DNA of 64,000 bases, from the NCBI RefSeq assembly GCF_003018255.1, contig NZ_CP027440.1; one strand, written 5' to 3'. A model generated the notes under the pieces. It was not told where the DNA came from and ran no database searches. It was given only the letters and a program-made list of their open reading frames with translations. Shown piece by piece: positions 23,774 through 34,170 of the stretch. Each line of letters opens with the position of its first letter. The first letter of the stretch is position 1. The translations under genes were made by a program, and so were the position numbers. Source of the DNA: Escherichia coli. GTDB taxonomy: Bacteria > Pseudomonadota > Gammaproteobacteria > Enterobacterales > Enterobacteriaceae.

Positions 23774-24955
23774 ATGACCTGTTCAACTTCATTAAGCGGC
23801 AAAAACAGGATTGTCCTTATCGCTGGCATTCTGATGATTGCCACAACATTACGCGTCACCTTTACCGGCGCAGCACCGTTACTGGATACGATTCGTTCCG
23901 CTTACTCGCTGACGACGGCGCAAACCGGCTTATTGACCACCCTGCCATTATTAGCCTTTGCGCTAATCTCACCTTTGGCTGCCCCGGTGGCGCGACGTTT
24001 TGGTATGGAACGTAGCCTGTTTGCCGCGTTACTTTTGATCTGTGCTGGTATCGCAATTCGCTCTCTCCCTTCGCCTTACTTATTATTTGGCGGTACAGCG
24101 GTCATTGGCGGTGGGATTGCATTAGGCAATGTCTTACTGCCAGGATTAATTAAACGCGATTTCCCTCATTCCGTCGCCAGACTTACCGGCGCATATTCCC
24201 TGACAATGGGAGCTGCAGCGGCACTGGGATCGACTATGGTCGTGCCGCTGGCTTTGAACGGTTTTGGCTGGCAAGGCGCGTTGCTCATGCTGATGTCTTT
24301 TCCTCTGCTGGCTCTTTTTTTATGGCTGCCACAGTGGCGAAGTCAACAACATGCAAATTTGAGTACCTCACGCGCCTTACATACTCGGGGTATCTGGCGT
24401 TCGCCGCTTGCCTGGCAGGTAACATTGTTTCTTGGGATCAACTCACTGGTCTATTACGTGATTATTGGCTGGCTTCCGGCGATTCTCATCAGTCACGGCT
24501 ATAGCGAAGCACAGGCGGGTTCACTGCATGGTTTGCTGCAACTAGCCACAGCAGCTCCCGGTTTGCTGATCCCACTTTTCTTACATCATGTGAAAGATCA
24601 GCGTGGTATTGCAGCGTTCGTTGCCTTGATGTGCGCAGTGGCCGCGGTTGGGCTCTGCTTTATGCCAGCACACGCGATCACCTGGACTCTGCTTTTCGGT
24701 TTTGGTTCCGGCGCAACAATGATACTGGGGTTGACGTTCATTGGTCTGCGGGCAAGTTCTGCGCATCAGGCGGCGGCACTCTCGGGGATGGCACAATCCG
24801 TCGGGTATTTGCTGGCAGCCTGTGGGCCGCCGCTGATGGGTAAAATACACGATGCTAACGGTGACTGGTCCGTACCACTGATGGGTGTTGCAATACTTTC
24901 ACTACTGATGGCGATTTTCGGACTTTGCGCCGGGAGAGACAAAGAAATTCGCTAA
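23774..24955 (+). CDS. nimT: MFS efflux transporter NimT (YeaN)
   Basis: 393-aa 12-TM MFS protein divergent from nimR. Confidence 0.9.
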   Translation: MTCSTSLSGKNRIVLIAGILMIATTLRVTFTGAAPLLDTIRSAYSLTTAQTGLLTTLPLLAFALISPLAAPVARRFGMERSLFAALLLICAGIAIRSLPSPYLLFGGTAVIGGGIALGNVLLPGLIKRDFPHSVARLTGAYSLTMGAAAALGSTMVVPLALNGFGWQGALLMLMSFPLLALFLWLPQWRSQQHANLSTSRALHTRGIWRSPLAWQVTLFLGINSLVYYVIIGWLPAILISHGYSEAQAGSLHGLLQLATAAPGLLIPLFLHHVKDQRGIAAFVALMCAVAAVGLCFMPAHAITWTLLFGFGSGATMILGLTFIGLRASSAHQAAALSGMAQSVGYLLAACGPPLMGKIHDANGDWSVPLMGVAILSLLMAIFGLCAGRDKEIR

Positions 24956-25009
24956 TATCCGGTGCTATAGTGACGTGGCAAATCATGCGTGAAAGGGAGA
25001 ACAAATACG

Positions 25010-25357
25010 ATGAATATTCAGTGCAAACGCGTTTATGATCCGGCTGAACAGAGCGATGGTTATCGCGTACTGGTCGACCGCCTCTGGCCACGCGGTATCA
25101 AAAAAACCGATTTAGCCCTTGATGAATGGGATAAAGAAATCACGCCGTCAACGGAACTGCGCAAAGCCTTTCACGGCGAAGTCGTCGATTTTGCAACCTT
25201 TCGCGAGCAATATCTTGCAGAACTGGCGCAACACGAGCAAGAAGGAAAGCGGCTGGCGAACATCGCCAAAAAACAGCCGCTGACCCTGCTCTACTCAGCA
25301 AAAAACACCACGCAGAACCATGCGCTGGTGCTGGCAGACTGGCTACGTAGCTTGTGA
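25010..25357 (+). CDS. yeaO: DUF488 protein YeaO
   Basis: Start at MNIQCKRVYDPAEQ gives 115 aa. Confidence 0.85.
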   Translation: MNIQCKRVYDPAEQSDGYRVLVDRLWPRGIKKTDLALDEWDKEITPSTELRKAFHGEVVDFATFREQYLAELAQHEQEGKRLANIAKKQPLTLLYSAKNTTQNHALVLADWLRSL

Positions 25358-25378
25358 TTTTAGTACGCCATCCGGCAG

Positions 25379-25633
25379 TTATTTTTCACCAGCCGGATGG
25401 TCCCGTCGCCACAATGCCCATTCATCAATCGTTTCACCGCCCGGTAATTTGCAATTGTTGCTGACCCCTTGCGCTGTCTGCACAGGAATGAGCGTCCCGC
25501 CCTTCTGCTGGCAATAGACCGACGCCGGATTTGCCATACCAATCTGCGGCGGTTTAGGTGCTTCTGGCTGAGAAGGGGTTGAACAACCAGCCAGGACCAG
25601 CAAGCAAGGCAGAACAAAACTGATAATTTTCAT
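25379..25633 (-). CDS. yoaF: DUF333 lipoprotein YoaF
   Basis: 84-aa ORF with lipobox LAGC. Confidence 0.85.
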   Translation of the reverse strand: MKIISFVLPCLLVLAGCSTPSQPEAPKPPQIGMANPASVYCQQKGGTLIPVQTAQGVSNNCKLPGGETIDEWALWRRDHPAGEK

Positions 25634-25815
25634 TTATTGATCTCACATATTTATCCAGACTTAGAGTATCGCGGTATCGTTTTGTTTTGCAGCACTATTT
25701 TTATTACATTCACTCAAATCATATTACGCCTTGTTTCATCTTTGTTGATGATGTTTTATCATGCCTGCAAAGATTAAATAATCAGCATTTACCCGCCGTA
25801 TCCTGGAGTTGTTTC

Positions 25816-26841
25816 GTGTCAGATCAGATTATCGCCCGCGTCTCGCAATCCCTTGCCAAAGAACAGTCACTGGAAAGCCTGGTCCGACAGCTTCTGGAGA
25901 TGCTGGAAATGGTCACTGATATGGAATCAACCTACCTGACCAAAGTGGATGTCGAAGCGCGCCTGCAGCATATAATGTTTGCCCGTAACAGCCAGAAAAT
26001 GCACATCCCGGAGAATTTTACCGTCTCGTGGGATTACTCGTTATGCAAACGCGCCATTGATGAAAACTGCTTTTTCAGCGATGAAGTCCCTGACCGTTGG
26101 GGCGACTGTATTGCGGCACGCAATCTTGGCATCACCACATTTCTGAGCACGCCAATTCACTTACCGGATGGATCATTCTATGGCACGCTTTGCGCCGCCA
26201 GCAGTGAGAAGCGCCAGTGGAGTGAACGCGCGGAACAGGTTTTACAGTTATTCGCCGGACTGATTGCACAATATATTCAAAAAGAGGCACTGGTTGAGCA
26301 GCTGCGCGAAGCCAATGCTGCGCTGATTGCGCAATCGTATACCGACTCGTTAACCGGGCTACCGAATCGGCGGGCGATTTTTGAAAATCTGACGACGCTG
26401 TTTTCTCTCGCCCGACATCTTAACCATAAGATAATGATCGCGTTTATCGATCTGGATAACTTCAAATTAATCAACGATCGTTTTGGTCATAATAGTGGTG
26501 ATTTGTTCCTCATTCAGGTTGGCGAGCGCCTTAATACGCTCCAGCAAAATGGCGAAGTTATTGGTCGTCTCGGCGGTGATGAGTTTTTGGTTGTTTCACT
26601 GAACAACGAGAATGCGGATATTTCGTCTCTGCGAGAACGTATTCAACAGCAAATACGTGGAGAATATCACTTAGGTGACGTTGATTTGTATTATCCCGGT
26701 GCCAGTCTTGGCATAGTAGAAGTCGATCCTGAAACGACCGATGCAGACAGTGCCCTGCATGCTGCCGATATCGCGATGTATCAGGAGAAAAAACACAAAC
26801 AGAAAACACCTTTTGTCGCGCATCCAGCGCTACATTCCTGA
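25816..26841 (+). CDS. yeaP: Diguanylate cyclase DgcP (GAF + GGDEF)
   Basis: GTG start at VSDQIIARVSQ gives 341 aa; intact RLGGDEF. Confidence 0.88.
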   Translation: MSDQIIARVSQSLAKEQSLESLVRQLLEMLEMVTDMESTYLTKVDVEARLQHIMFARNSQKMHIPENFTVSWDYSLCKRAIDENCFFSDEVPDRWGDCIAARNLGITTFLSTPIHLPDGSFYGTLCAASSEKRQWSERAEQVLQLFAGLIAQYIQKEALVEQLREANAALIAQSYTDSLTGLPNRRAIFENLTTLFSLARHLNHKIMIAFIDLDNFKLINDRFGHNSGDLFLIQVGERLNTLQQNGEVIGRLGGDEFLVVSLNNENADISSLRERIQQQIRGEYHLGDVDLYYPGASLGIVEVDPETTDADSALHAADIAMYQEKKHKQKTPFVAHPALHS

Positions 26842-26873
26842 GGCGTATTCACATCCTTTTGATTGGTGATAAC

Positions 26874-26972
26874 ATGCGAATCGGTATTATTTTTCCGGTT
26901 GTAATCTTTATTACAGCGGTCGTATTTTTAGCATGGTTTTTTATTGGCGGCTATGCTGCCCCGGGAGCATAA
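26874..26972 (+). CDS. yoaK: Small membrane protein YoaK (32 aa)
   Basis: ATG..TAA encoding MRIGIIFPVVIFITAVVFLAWFFIGGYAAPGA, 33 nt after the yeaP stop. Confidence 0.5.
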   Translation: MRIGIIFPVVIFITAVVFLAWFFIGGYAAPGA

Positions 26973-26974
26973 AG

Positions 26975-27049
26975 ATGAAAAAAACAACGATTATTATGAT
27001 GGGTGTGGCGATTATTGTCGTACTCGGCACTGAGCTGGGATGGTGGTAA
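26975..27049 (+). CDS. yoaJ: Small membrane protein YoaJ (24 aa)
   Basis: ATG..TAA encoding MKKTTIIMMGVAIIVVLGTELGWW, 2 nt after the yoaK stop. Confidence 0.5.
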   Translation: MKKTTIIMMGVAIIVVLGTELGWW

Positions 27050-27069
27050 CGTCACATCTAGAAAATAGC

Positions 27070-27094
27070 AAAGGCTGCCTGTGTGCAGCCTTTG
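27070..27094. terminator. Bidirectional hairpin terminator between yoaJ and yeaQ
   Basis: aaggctgc-ctgtgt-gcagcctt flanked by A-rich and T-rich sequence. Confidence 0.55.
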
Positions 27095-27107
27095 TGCAAT
27101 TTACGCG

Positions 27108-27356
27108 TTAACTTTTAATCTTTCTGTAGATAAACAGCACGACAATCGCGCCAATAACGGCAACCACGAAGCTGCCAAAATTGAAGCCATCGACTTTACC
27201 AAAGCCAAACAGCGTGCTGATCCATCCGCCGACTACGGCACCGACTATCCCCAGCAGGATAGTCATAAAGAATCCACCACCATCTTTACCTGGCATGATC
27301 CACTTCGCCAGAATACCGGCAATAAGCCCAAAAATAATCCATGACAGAATGCCCAT
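27108..27356 (-). CDS. yeaQ: GlsB/YeaQ/YmgE-family stress-associated membrane protein
   Basis: 82-aa Gly-rich hydrophobic ORF. Confidence 0.88.
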   Translation of the reverse strand: MGILSWIIFGLIAGILAKWIMPGKDGGGFFMTILLGIVGAVVGGWISTLFGFGKVDGFNFGSFVVAVIGAIVVLFIYRKIKS

Positions 27357-27503
27357 TGTTTCCTCACTTATCTGTTTTGCATTAGCGGGTTAGTCGCTGA
27401 TAAAAAGCATAGCACAACATCGTGAGGGCAAGATTTGTGACGAGCATCACGGAGGATTTTTTTGCGATGGCGCAGAAATTGCGCCATCAACGATCAGTGA
27501 TAA

Positions 27504-27686
27504 TTACCAACCACAAACATCATGTTCGTTTTCCGTGTCATAAGAACGCACGGTATTCACCAGATCTTTTATCACTTCAGCCGCCACTTCTGGCACCAGC
27601 AAAGTCATCGGCGTCTCTGTTTCATAATCGACAGAAACGCCATTGCTGTTATTGGTGACGGTCACGGTATACGTTGCTTTGCCCAT
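27504..27686 (-). CDS. yoaG: DUF1869 protein YoaG
   Basis: 60-aa ORF immediately downstream of yeaR on the same strand. Confidence 0.85.
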   Translation of the reverse strand: MGKATYTVTVTNNSNGVSVDYETETPMTLLVPEVAAEVIKDLVNTVRSYDTENEHDVCGW

Positions 27687-27689
27687 GAT

Positions 27690-28049
27690 TCATTTCCCGT
27701 TATGAATGACTTTCCGTTGTTGCGCACCTTCCATCAGGACTTCAGGAGCAACGAAGAAGTCAATGTTGAAATAAGTGTCGTCAGTCATGGCTTCAATGTT
27801 GTGCCACTTTTCTGGAGGGAACACAGCAAACTGCCCCGCTTCGATAAGGATCACTTGATCAGGCTCTGTACTGTGTTCATCAGCGTAGCCGAGATATTTG
27901 ACCGCCCCATGCATAACGGAAAGGCGTGGGTAAACCCCCGGGCGCGTTCCTTTATCAAGATGACGTTCGAATATTCCGGCAGGCGCAGTTTGTTTATTCC
28001 AGAAAGGCGTTGAGCGCGTATGAATATAATTCTGTGGGATTTGCAGCAT
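27690..28049 (-). CDS. yeaR: DUF1971 protein YeaR
   Basis: 119-aa ORF; the yeaR-yoaG pair is known to be nitrate/NO inducible. Confidence 0.88.
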   Translation of the reverse strand: MLQIPQNYIHTRSTPFWNKQTAPAGIFERHLDKGTRPGVYPRLSVMHGAVKYLGYADEHSTEPDQVILIEAGQFAVFPPEKWHNIEAMTDDTYFNIDFFVAPEVLMEGAQQRKVIHNGK

Positions 28050-28115
28050 CCTTTTCCCTCCTTCGGTGAATGCGCTGAAAACGGTTTATTTCAGCCGTTT
28101 CAGGGTACGCCTGAT

Positions 28116-28138
28116 AATTTGCATTTTAAATACCATTT
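28116..28138. promoter_or_regulatory. NsrR-like operator (11-1-11 inverted repeat) in the yeaR promoter
   Basis: AATTTGCATTT-T-AAATACCATTT resembles the NsrR consensus AANATGCATTT-N-AAATGCATNTT; located about 70 nt upstream of yeaR. Confidence 0.45.
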
Positions 28139-28221
28139 ATTGGTTACTATTTAGCACCGTATCAGAGAAGAATCAGGGAGGATTACAGGTGGGAAGCCCG
28201 CGACAACGCGGGCTGAATGCA

Positions 28222-28929
<708 letters not shown>

Positions 28930-28986
28930 TTAGAAAGGAGAAAATCAGGTTTTAACCTGATATCAACCCGATAATTGAATCATTAA

Positions 28987-29910
28987 TCAGGCATGCTCCA
29001 GTGAAAAATTCGGGTAGTGCTCGGCAAAATACTGGCGTAAAAATTCTACCGTTATCCGTACTTTCGCTGACGTCGCCAGCCTTGAAACATAAACGGCCCA
29101 GACATTCGCTGGCTGGTAATATTCCGGTAGCACTTGTACTAAATGACCACTGGCAATGTTTTCGCTAACATCCCACCAGGAGCGCAGAGCAATCCCCTGC
29201 CCATCGAGACACCACTGATGGACAATTTCTCCATGATTAGACGACAGTGGGCCGGTAACTTTAATCGCATGGTGGCCTTCTTTATTGCGTAATTGCCAGA
29301 CACCAAAAGGATGATCGCGCTCTTTAATGACCAGGCACGGCAATGCAGAAAGATCGGTTAAATGTTTCGGCGCGCCATGTTGCGCAATAAATTCCGGTGA
29401 CGCGCAGAGAATGCGATAATTGGTCGCCAGTTTGCGGGCGATTAAATTAGGGGCGATGTCATCGCCAATGCGAATATCGAGATCGACACCTTCATTGACC
29501 AAATCGACCAACCGGTCTTCCACATCAAAACGTAATTCCAGTTGCGGATACGCCTTCGCCAGCGCTGATAACGCCGGGGCCACCACCTGTCGTCCAAAAC
29601 CAAAGCTGCTGATAATACGCAGCATCCCCTGTGGCACCTGACGCACGTCAGAAAGTTCGTCCATCATCTGACCGACATCCTGCAAAATCCGCTGCGCCCA
29701 TTCATAAATCCGCTCTCCTTCTTCGGTAATGGTGACGCGGCGGGTGGTGCGGTGTAACAACACCACGTTTAGCGTTTGCTCCAGCAAGGCGATGCGCTTG
29801 CTGACGAACGCCGGAGAAACGCCCAGTTCTTCCGCCACGGCGGCAAAACCAGCCCGGCGAGCCACCAGCATAAAGACGCGCAAATCGTTCAGCAGCGGTA
29901 AATTATTCAT
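28987..29910 (-). CDS. dmlR: LysR-family regulator DmlR
   Basis: Start at MNNLPLLNDLRVF gives 307 aa; N-terminal HTH; divergent from dmlA. Confidence 0.88.
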   Translation of the reverse strand: MNNLPLLNDLRVFMLVARRAGFAAVAEELGVSPAFVSKRIALLEQTLNVVLLHRTTRRVTITEEGERIYEWAQRILQDVGQMMDELSDVRQVPQGMLRIISSFGFGRQVVAPALSALAKAYPQLELRFDVEDRLVDLVNEGVDLDIRIGDDIAPNLIARKLATNYRILCASPEFIAQHGAPKHLTDLSALPCLVIKERDHPFGVWQLRNKEGHHAIKVTGPLSSNHGEIVHQWCLDGQGIALRSWWDVSENIASGHLVQVLPEYYQPANVWAVYVSRLATSAKVRITVEFLRQYFAEHYPNFSLEHA

Positions 29911-30012
29911 GATTCGTGTTTTATGTTTCACCAGTTACAGGGATTAATTCCTTTTCAGTCAATTATAGGATGGTGATGTTGTCAATTTTGATGGTCAGGA
30001 AGTGAGAACCCA

Positions 30013-31098
30013 ATGATGAAAACGATGCGTATTGCTGCGATCCCGGGAGACGGGATTGGCAAAGAAGTCCTTCCTGAAGGGATTCGCGTGTTACAGGCTG
30101 CCGCTGAGCGCTGGGGCTTCGCCTTGAGTTTTGAGCAAATGGAGTGGGCGAGCTGCGAGTATTACAGCCATCACGGTAAAATGATGCCGGACGACTGGCA
30201 TGAGCAACTTAGCCGTTTCGACGCCATCTATTTTGGTGCCGTCGGCTGGCCGGACACCGTTCCGGACCATATTTCGTTGTGGGGTTCGCTGCTGAAATTT
30301 CGTCGTGAATTCGACCAGTACGTCAACCTGCGCCCGGTTCGTCTCTTTCCTGGCGTTCCCTGCCCGCTGGCGGGAAAACAGCCTGGCGACATCGATTTTT
30401 ACGTGGTCAGGGAAAACACCGAAGGCGAATATTCCTCGCTCGGCGGCAGAGTGAATGAAGGTACAGTGCATGAAGTCGTCATTCAGGAATCGGTATTTAC
30501 TCGTCGTGGTGTCGATCGTATTTTGCGCTATGCCTTTGAACTTGCGCAAAGCCGCCCACGTAAGACGCTAACTTCTGCCACTAAATCGAACGGTTTAGCC
30601 ATCAGCATGCCGTACTGGGATGAGCGAGTGGAAGCAATGGCTGAGAATTACCCGGAGATCCGCTGGGACAAGCAGCATATTGACATTCTCTGCGCACGTT
30701 TTGTGATGCAACCGGAACGCTTCGATGTGGTAGTGGCGTCCAATTTGTTTGGCGATATCCTTTCCGATCTTGGCCCGGCCTGCACCGGCACCATTGGCAT
30801 TGCCCCATCCGCCAACCTGAATCCGGAACGCACTTTCCCGTCGCTCTTCGAGCCTGTCCACGGTTCCGCGCCGGATATCTACGGGAAAAAAATTGCTAAC
30901 CCTATCGCCACAATTTGGGCCGGTGCAATGATGCTCGATTTTCTCGGCAATGGAGATGAGCGTTTCCAGCAAGCGCATAACGGTATTCTGGCCGCGATTG
31001 AAGAAGTGATTGATCACGGGCCGAAAACACCTGATATGAAAGGCAATGCCACCACGCCACAGGTTGCCGACGCGATTTGCAAAATTATTTTGCGTTAA
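30013..31098 (+). CDS. dmlA: D-malate dehydrogenase (decarboxylating), isocitrate/isopropylmalate dehydrogenase family
   Basis: 361-aa ORF with the IDH/IPMDH fold signature. Confidence 0.92.
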   Translation: MMKTMRIAAIPGDGIGKEVLPEGIRVLQAAAERWGFALSFEQMEWASCEYYSHHGKMMPDDWHEQLSRFDAIYFGAVGWPDTVPDHISLWGSLLKFRREFDQYVNLRPVRLFPGVPCPLAGKQPGDIDFYVVRENTEGEYSSLGGRVNEGTVHEVVIQESVFTRRGVDRILRYAFELAQSRPRKTLTSATKSNGLAISMPYWDERVEAMAENYPEIRWDKQHIDILCARFVMQPERFDVVVASNLFGDILSDLGPACTGTIGIAPSANLNPERTFPSLFEPVHGSAPDIYGKKIANPIATIWAGAMMLDFLGNGDERFQQAHNGILAAIEEVIDHGPKTPDMKGNATTPQVADAICKIILR

Positions 31099-31118
31099 GG
31101 TCAAACCAGTTTATTTGA

Positions 31119-31146
31119 ACCGCGTCACTGACGCGGTTTTTTTATT
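31119..31146 (+). terminator. Rho-independent terminator of dmlA
   Basis: accgcgt-cactga-acgcggt followed by TTTTTTT. Confidence 0.8.
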
Positions 31147-31348
31147 CGTTCTTTGCAGTAAATAACCTGCGTCATTTCACCTTTTATTGTTTCCGTTTCG
31201 TGTTTTATGGCTTTCCGTATTCTTAATTGTTTAATTTATGTAACATGCAAATAATCAATTTGTTAATCACGACATACAACTCATTACCCTGCAAATAATT
31301 ACAACTGGCAAAAGCCAGAGACGGGCTTTTATGCCCAGGAGATGACTC

Positions 31349-32959
31349 ATGATGAGCAATGTTAAGAAAAAAGATGTGCCGCTGATAAGCATCAGCCTGG
31401 TGGCCATTCTTTTCATCGCAGCTGCATTAAGCCTTTTCCCACAACAATCGGCCGACGCGGCCAACGCAATATACACTTTTGTTACGCGTACGTTAGGTTC
31501 CGCCGTACAGGTATTGGTTTTGCTGGCAATGGGACTGGTGATTTATTTAGCCACCAGTAAATACGGCAATATTCGTCTTGGCGAAGGAAAACCGGAATAC
31601 AGCACGCTCTCATGGCTGTTTATGTTTATTTGTGCCGGTTTAGGTTCTTCTACGCTTTATTGGGGGGTTGCTGAATGGGCCTATTATTATCAAACGCCTG
31701 GATTAAATATCGCACCGCGTTCACAACAGGCACTCGAATTTAGCGTTCCCTACTCCTTCTTCCACTGGGGCATCAGCGCCTGGGCAACTTATACGCTGGC
31801 CTCATTAATCATGGCTTATCACTTTCATGTGCGGAAAAATAAAGGGCTGAGCCTTTCCGGCATTATTGCTGCTATTACCGGCGTTCGCCCGCAAGGCCCG
31901 TGGGGAAAACTGGTCGATTTGATGTTCCTGATCGCCACTGTCGGCGCACTGACCATTTCCCTTGTTGTCACCGCAGCAACCTTTACCCGTGGGCTTTCCG
32001 CGCTGACCGGTTTACCCGATAACTTTACCGTACAGGCATTTGTGATCCTGCTTTCCGGCGGCATTTTTTGCCTAAGCTCGTGGATTGGTATCAACAACGG
32101 TTTGCAACGTCTAAGCAAAATGGTTGGCTGGGGCGCGTTCCTGCTGCCATTACTGGTGCTGATTGTCGGTCCAACCGAATTTATTACCAACAGCATCATC
32201 AATGCCATCGGCCTGACCACGCAAAACTTCCTGCAAATGAGCTTATTCACCGATCCGCTTGGCGATGGTTCATTTACCCGCAACTGGACCGTTTTCTACT
32301 GGCTGTGGTGGATCTCATACACGCCTGGCGTAGCAATGTTTGTCACCCGCGTTTCCCGCGGTCGTAAGATTAAAGAAGTTATCTGGGGACTGATCCTCGG
32401 CAGCACCGTCGGTTGCTGGTTCTTCTTCGGCGTAATGGAAAGCTATGCCATTCACCAGTTTATCAATGGCGTAATCAACGTCCCACAGGTGCTGGAAACA
32501 CTGGGCGGCGAGACAGCTGTGCAGCAAGTTCTGATGTCGTTGCCAGCCGGTAAATTGTTCCTCGCCGCATACCTGGGCGTGATGATTATTTTCCTTGCCT
32601 CGCATATGGATGCGGTGGCCTACACCATGGCGGCAACCAGTACGCGTAATCTCCAGGAAGGTGACGATCCTGACCGTGGGCTGCGTCTTTTCTGGTGCGT
32701 GGTAATTACCCTGATCCCGCTTTCAATTCTTTTCACTGGCGCGTCGCTGGAAACGATGAAAACCACCGTCGTACTCACAGCCCTTCCGTTCCTCGTCATT
32801 TTACTGGTGAAAGTCGGCGGATTTATTCGCTGGCTGAAACAGGATTACGCCGACATTCCGGCTCATCATGTTGAACATTATCTCCCGCAGACACCGGTTG
32901 AAGTCCTGGAAAAAACGCCAGTGCTCCCTGCGGGAACCGTATTCAAAGGCGACAACTGA
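31349..32959 (+). CDS. yeaV: BCCT-family transporter YeaV
   Basis: 536-aa ORF from first ATG; BCCT fold; true start may be downstream. Confidence 0.85.
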   Translation: MMSNVKKKDVPLISISLVAILFIAAALSLFPQQSADAANAIYTFVTRTLGSAVQVLVLLAMGLVIYLATSKYGNIRLGEGKPEYSTLSWLFMFICAGLGSSTLYWGVAEWAYYYQTPGLNIAPRSQQALEFSVPYSFFHWGISAWATYTLASLIMAYHFHVRKNKGLSLSGIIAAITGVRPQGPWGKLVDLMFLIATVGALTISLVVTAATFTRGLSALTGLPDNFTVQAFVILLSGGIFCLSSWIGINNGLQRLSKMVGWGAFLLPLLVLIVGPTEFITNSIINAIGLTTQNFLQMSLFTDPLGDGSFTRNWTVFYWLWWISYTPGVAMFVTRVSRGRKIKEVIWGLILGSTVGCWFFFGVMESYAIHQFINGVINVPQVLETLGGETAVQQVLMSLPAGKLFLAAYLGVMIIFLASHMDAVAYTMAATSTRNLQEGDDPDRGLRLFWCVVITLIPLSILFTGASLETMKTTVVLTALPFLVILLVKVGGFIRWLKQDYADIPAHHVEHYLPQTPVEVLEKTPVLPAGTVFKGDN

Positions 32960-32990
32960 GCGCCATCATCCTAACGATAAAGGTATCCCT

Positions 32991-34115
32991 ATGAGCAATC
33001 TGAGCCCTGACTTTGTACTACCCGAAAATTTTTGCGCTAACCCGCAAGAGGCGTGGACCATTCCTGCCCGTTTTTATACCGATCAGAACGCCTTTGAACA
33101 CGAAAAAGAGAACGTCTTCGCCAAAAGCTGGATTTGCGTCGCTCACAGCAGCGAACTGGCGAATGCCAATGATTATGTGACGCGTGAGATCATTGGCGAA
33201 AGCATTGTGCTGGTACGCGGTCGTGATAAGGTTTTGCGCGCGTTCTATAACGTGTGTCCGCACCGTGGTCATCAGTTGTTGAGCGGCGAAGGGAAAGCGA
33301 AAAATGTGATTACCTGCCCGTATCACGCATGGGCATTCAAACTCGATGGCAACCTGGCCCATGCACGTAACTGCGAAAACGTCGCCAATTTCGATAGCGA
33401 CAAAGCGCAACTGGTTCCGGTGCGTCTGGAAGAATATGCCGGATTCGTCTTCATCAACATGGACCCTAACGCCACCAGCGTAGAAGATCAGTTACCCGGT
33501 CTGGGCGCGAAAGTGCTGGAAGCCTGCCCGGAAGTCCACGATCTGAAACTGGCGGCCCGCTTTACCACCCGCACGCCTGCCAACTGGAAGAACATTGTCG
33601 ATAACTATCTCGAGTGCTATCACTGTGGTCCGGCGCATCCAGGTTTCTCCGACTCCGTACAGGTTGATCGTTACTGGCACACCATGCACGGTAACTGGAC
33701 GCTGCAATACGGTTTCGCCAAACCGTCAGAACAGTCTTTCAAATTCGAAGAGGGCACGGATGCGGCATTCCACGGTTTCTGGCTGTGGCCGTGCACGATG
33801 CTTAACGTCACACCGATCAAAGGGATGATGACGGTCATTTATGAATTCCCGGTGGATTCTGAAACTACCCTGCAAAACTACGATATTTACTTCACCAATG
33901 AAGAGTTAACCGACGAGCAAAAATCGCTGATTGAGTGGTATCGCGATGTGTTCCGTCCGGAAGATTTACGTCTGGTTGAAAGCGTACAGAAAGGGCTGAA
34001 ATCGCGTGGCTATCGTGGTCAGGGGCGCATCATGGCCGACAGTAGCGGTAGCGGAATTTCCGAACATGGTATCGCCCATTTCCATAATCTGCTGGCGCAG
34101 GTGTTTAAGGACTAA
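32991..34115 (+). CDS. yeaW: Rieske-type oxygenase YeaW (carnitine monooxygenase CntA-like)
   Basis: Start at MSNLSPDFVLPENF gives 374 aa; Rieske CPHRGH...CPYHAW motif. Confidence 0.92.
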   Translation: MSNLSPDFVLPENFCANPQEAWTIPARFYTDQNAFEHEKENVFAKSWICVAHSSELANANDYVTREIIGESIVLVRGRDKVLRAFYNVCPHRGHQLLSGEGKAKNVITCPYHAWAFKLDGNLAHARNCENVANFDSDKAQLVPVRLEEYAGFVFINMDPNATSVEDQLPGLGAKVLEACPEVHDLKLAARFTTRTPANWKNIVDNYLECYHCGPAHPGFSDSVQVDRYWHTMHGNWTLQYGFAKPSEQSFKFEEGTDAAFHGFWLWPCTMLNVTPIKGMMTVIYEFPVDSETTLQNYDIYFTNEELTDEQKSLIEWYRDVFRPEDLRLVESVQKGLKSRGYRGQGRIMADSSGSGISEHGIAHFHNLLAQVFKD

Positions 34116-34170
34116 TGACATCGGCGGCGGTATTTTCCGCCGCTGGGCTGATTTTTGATGGAGTACAGCA

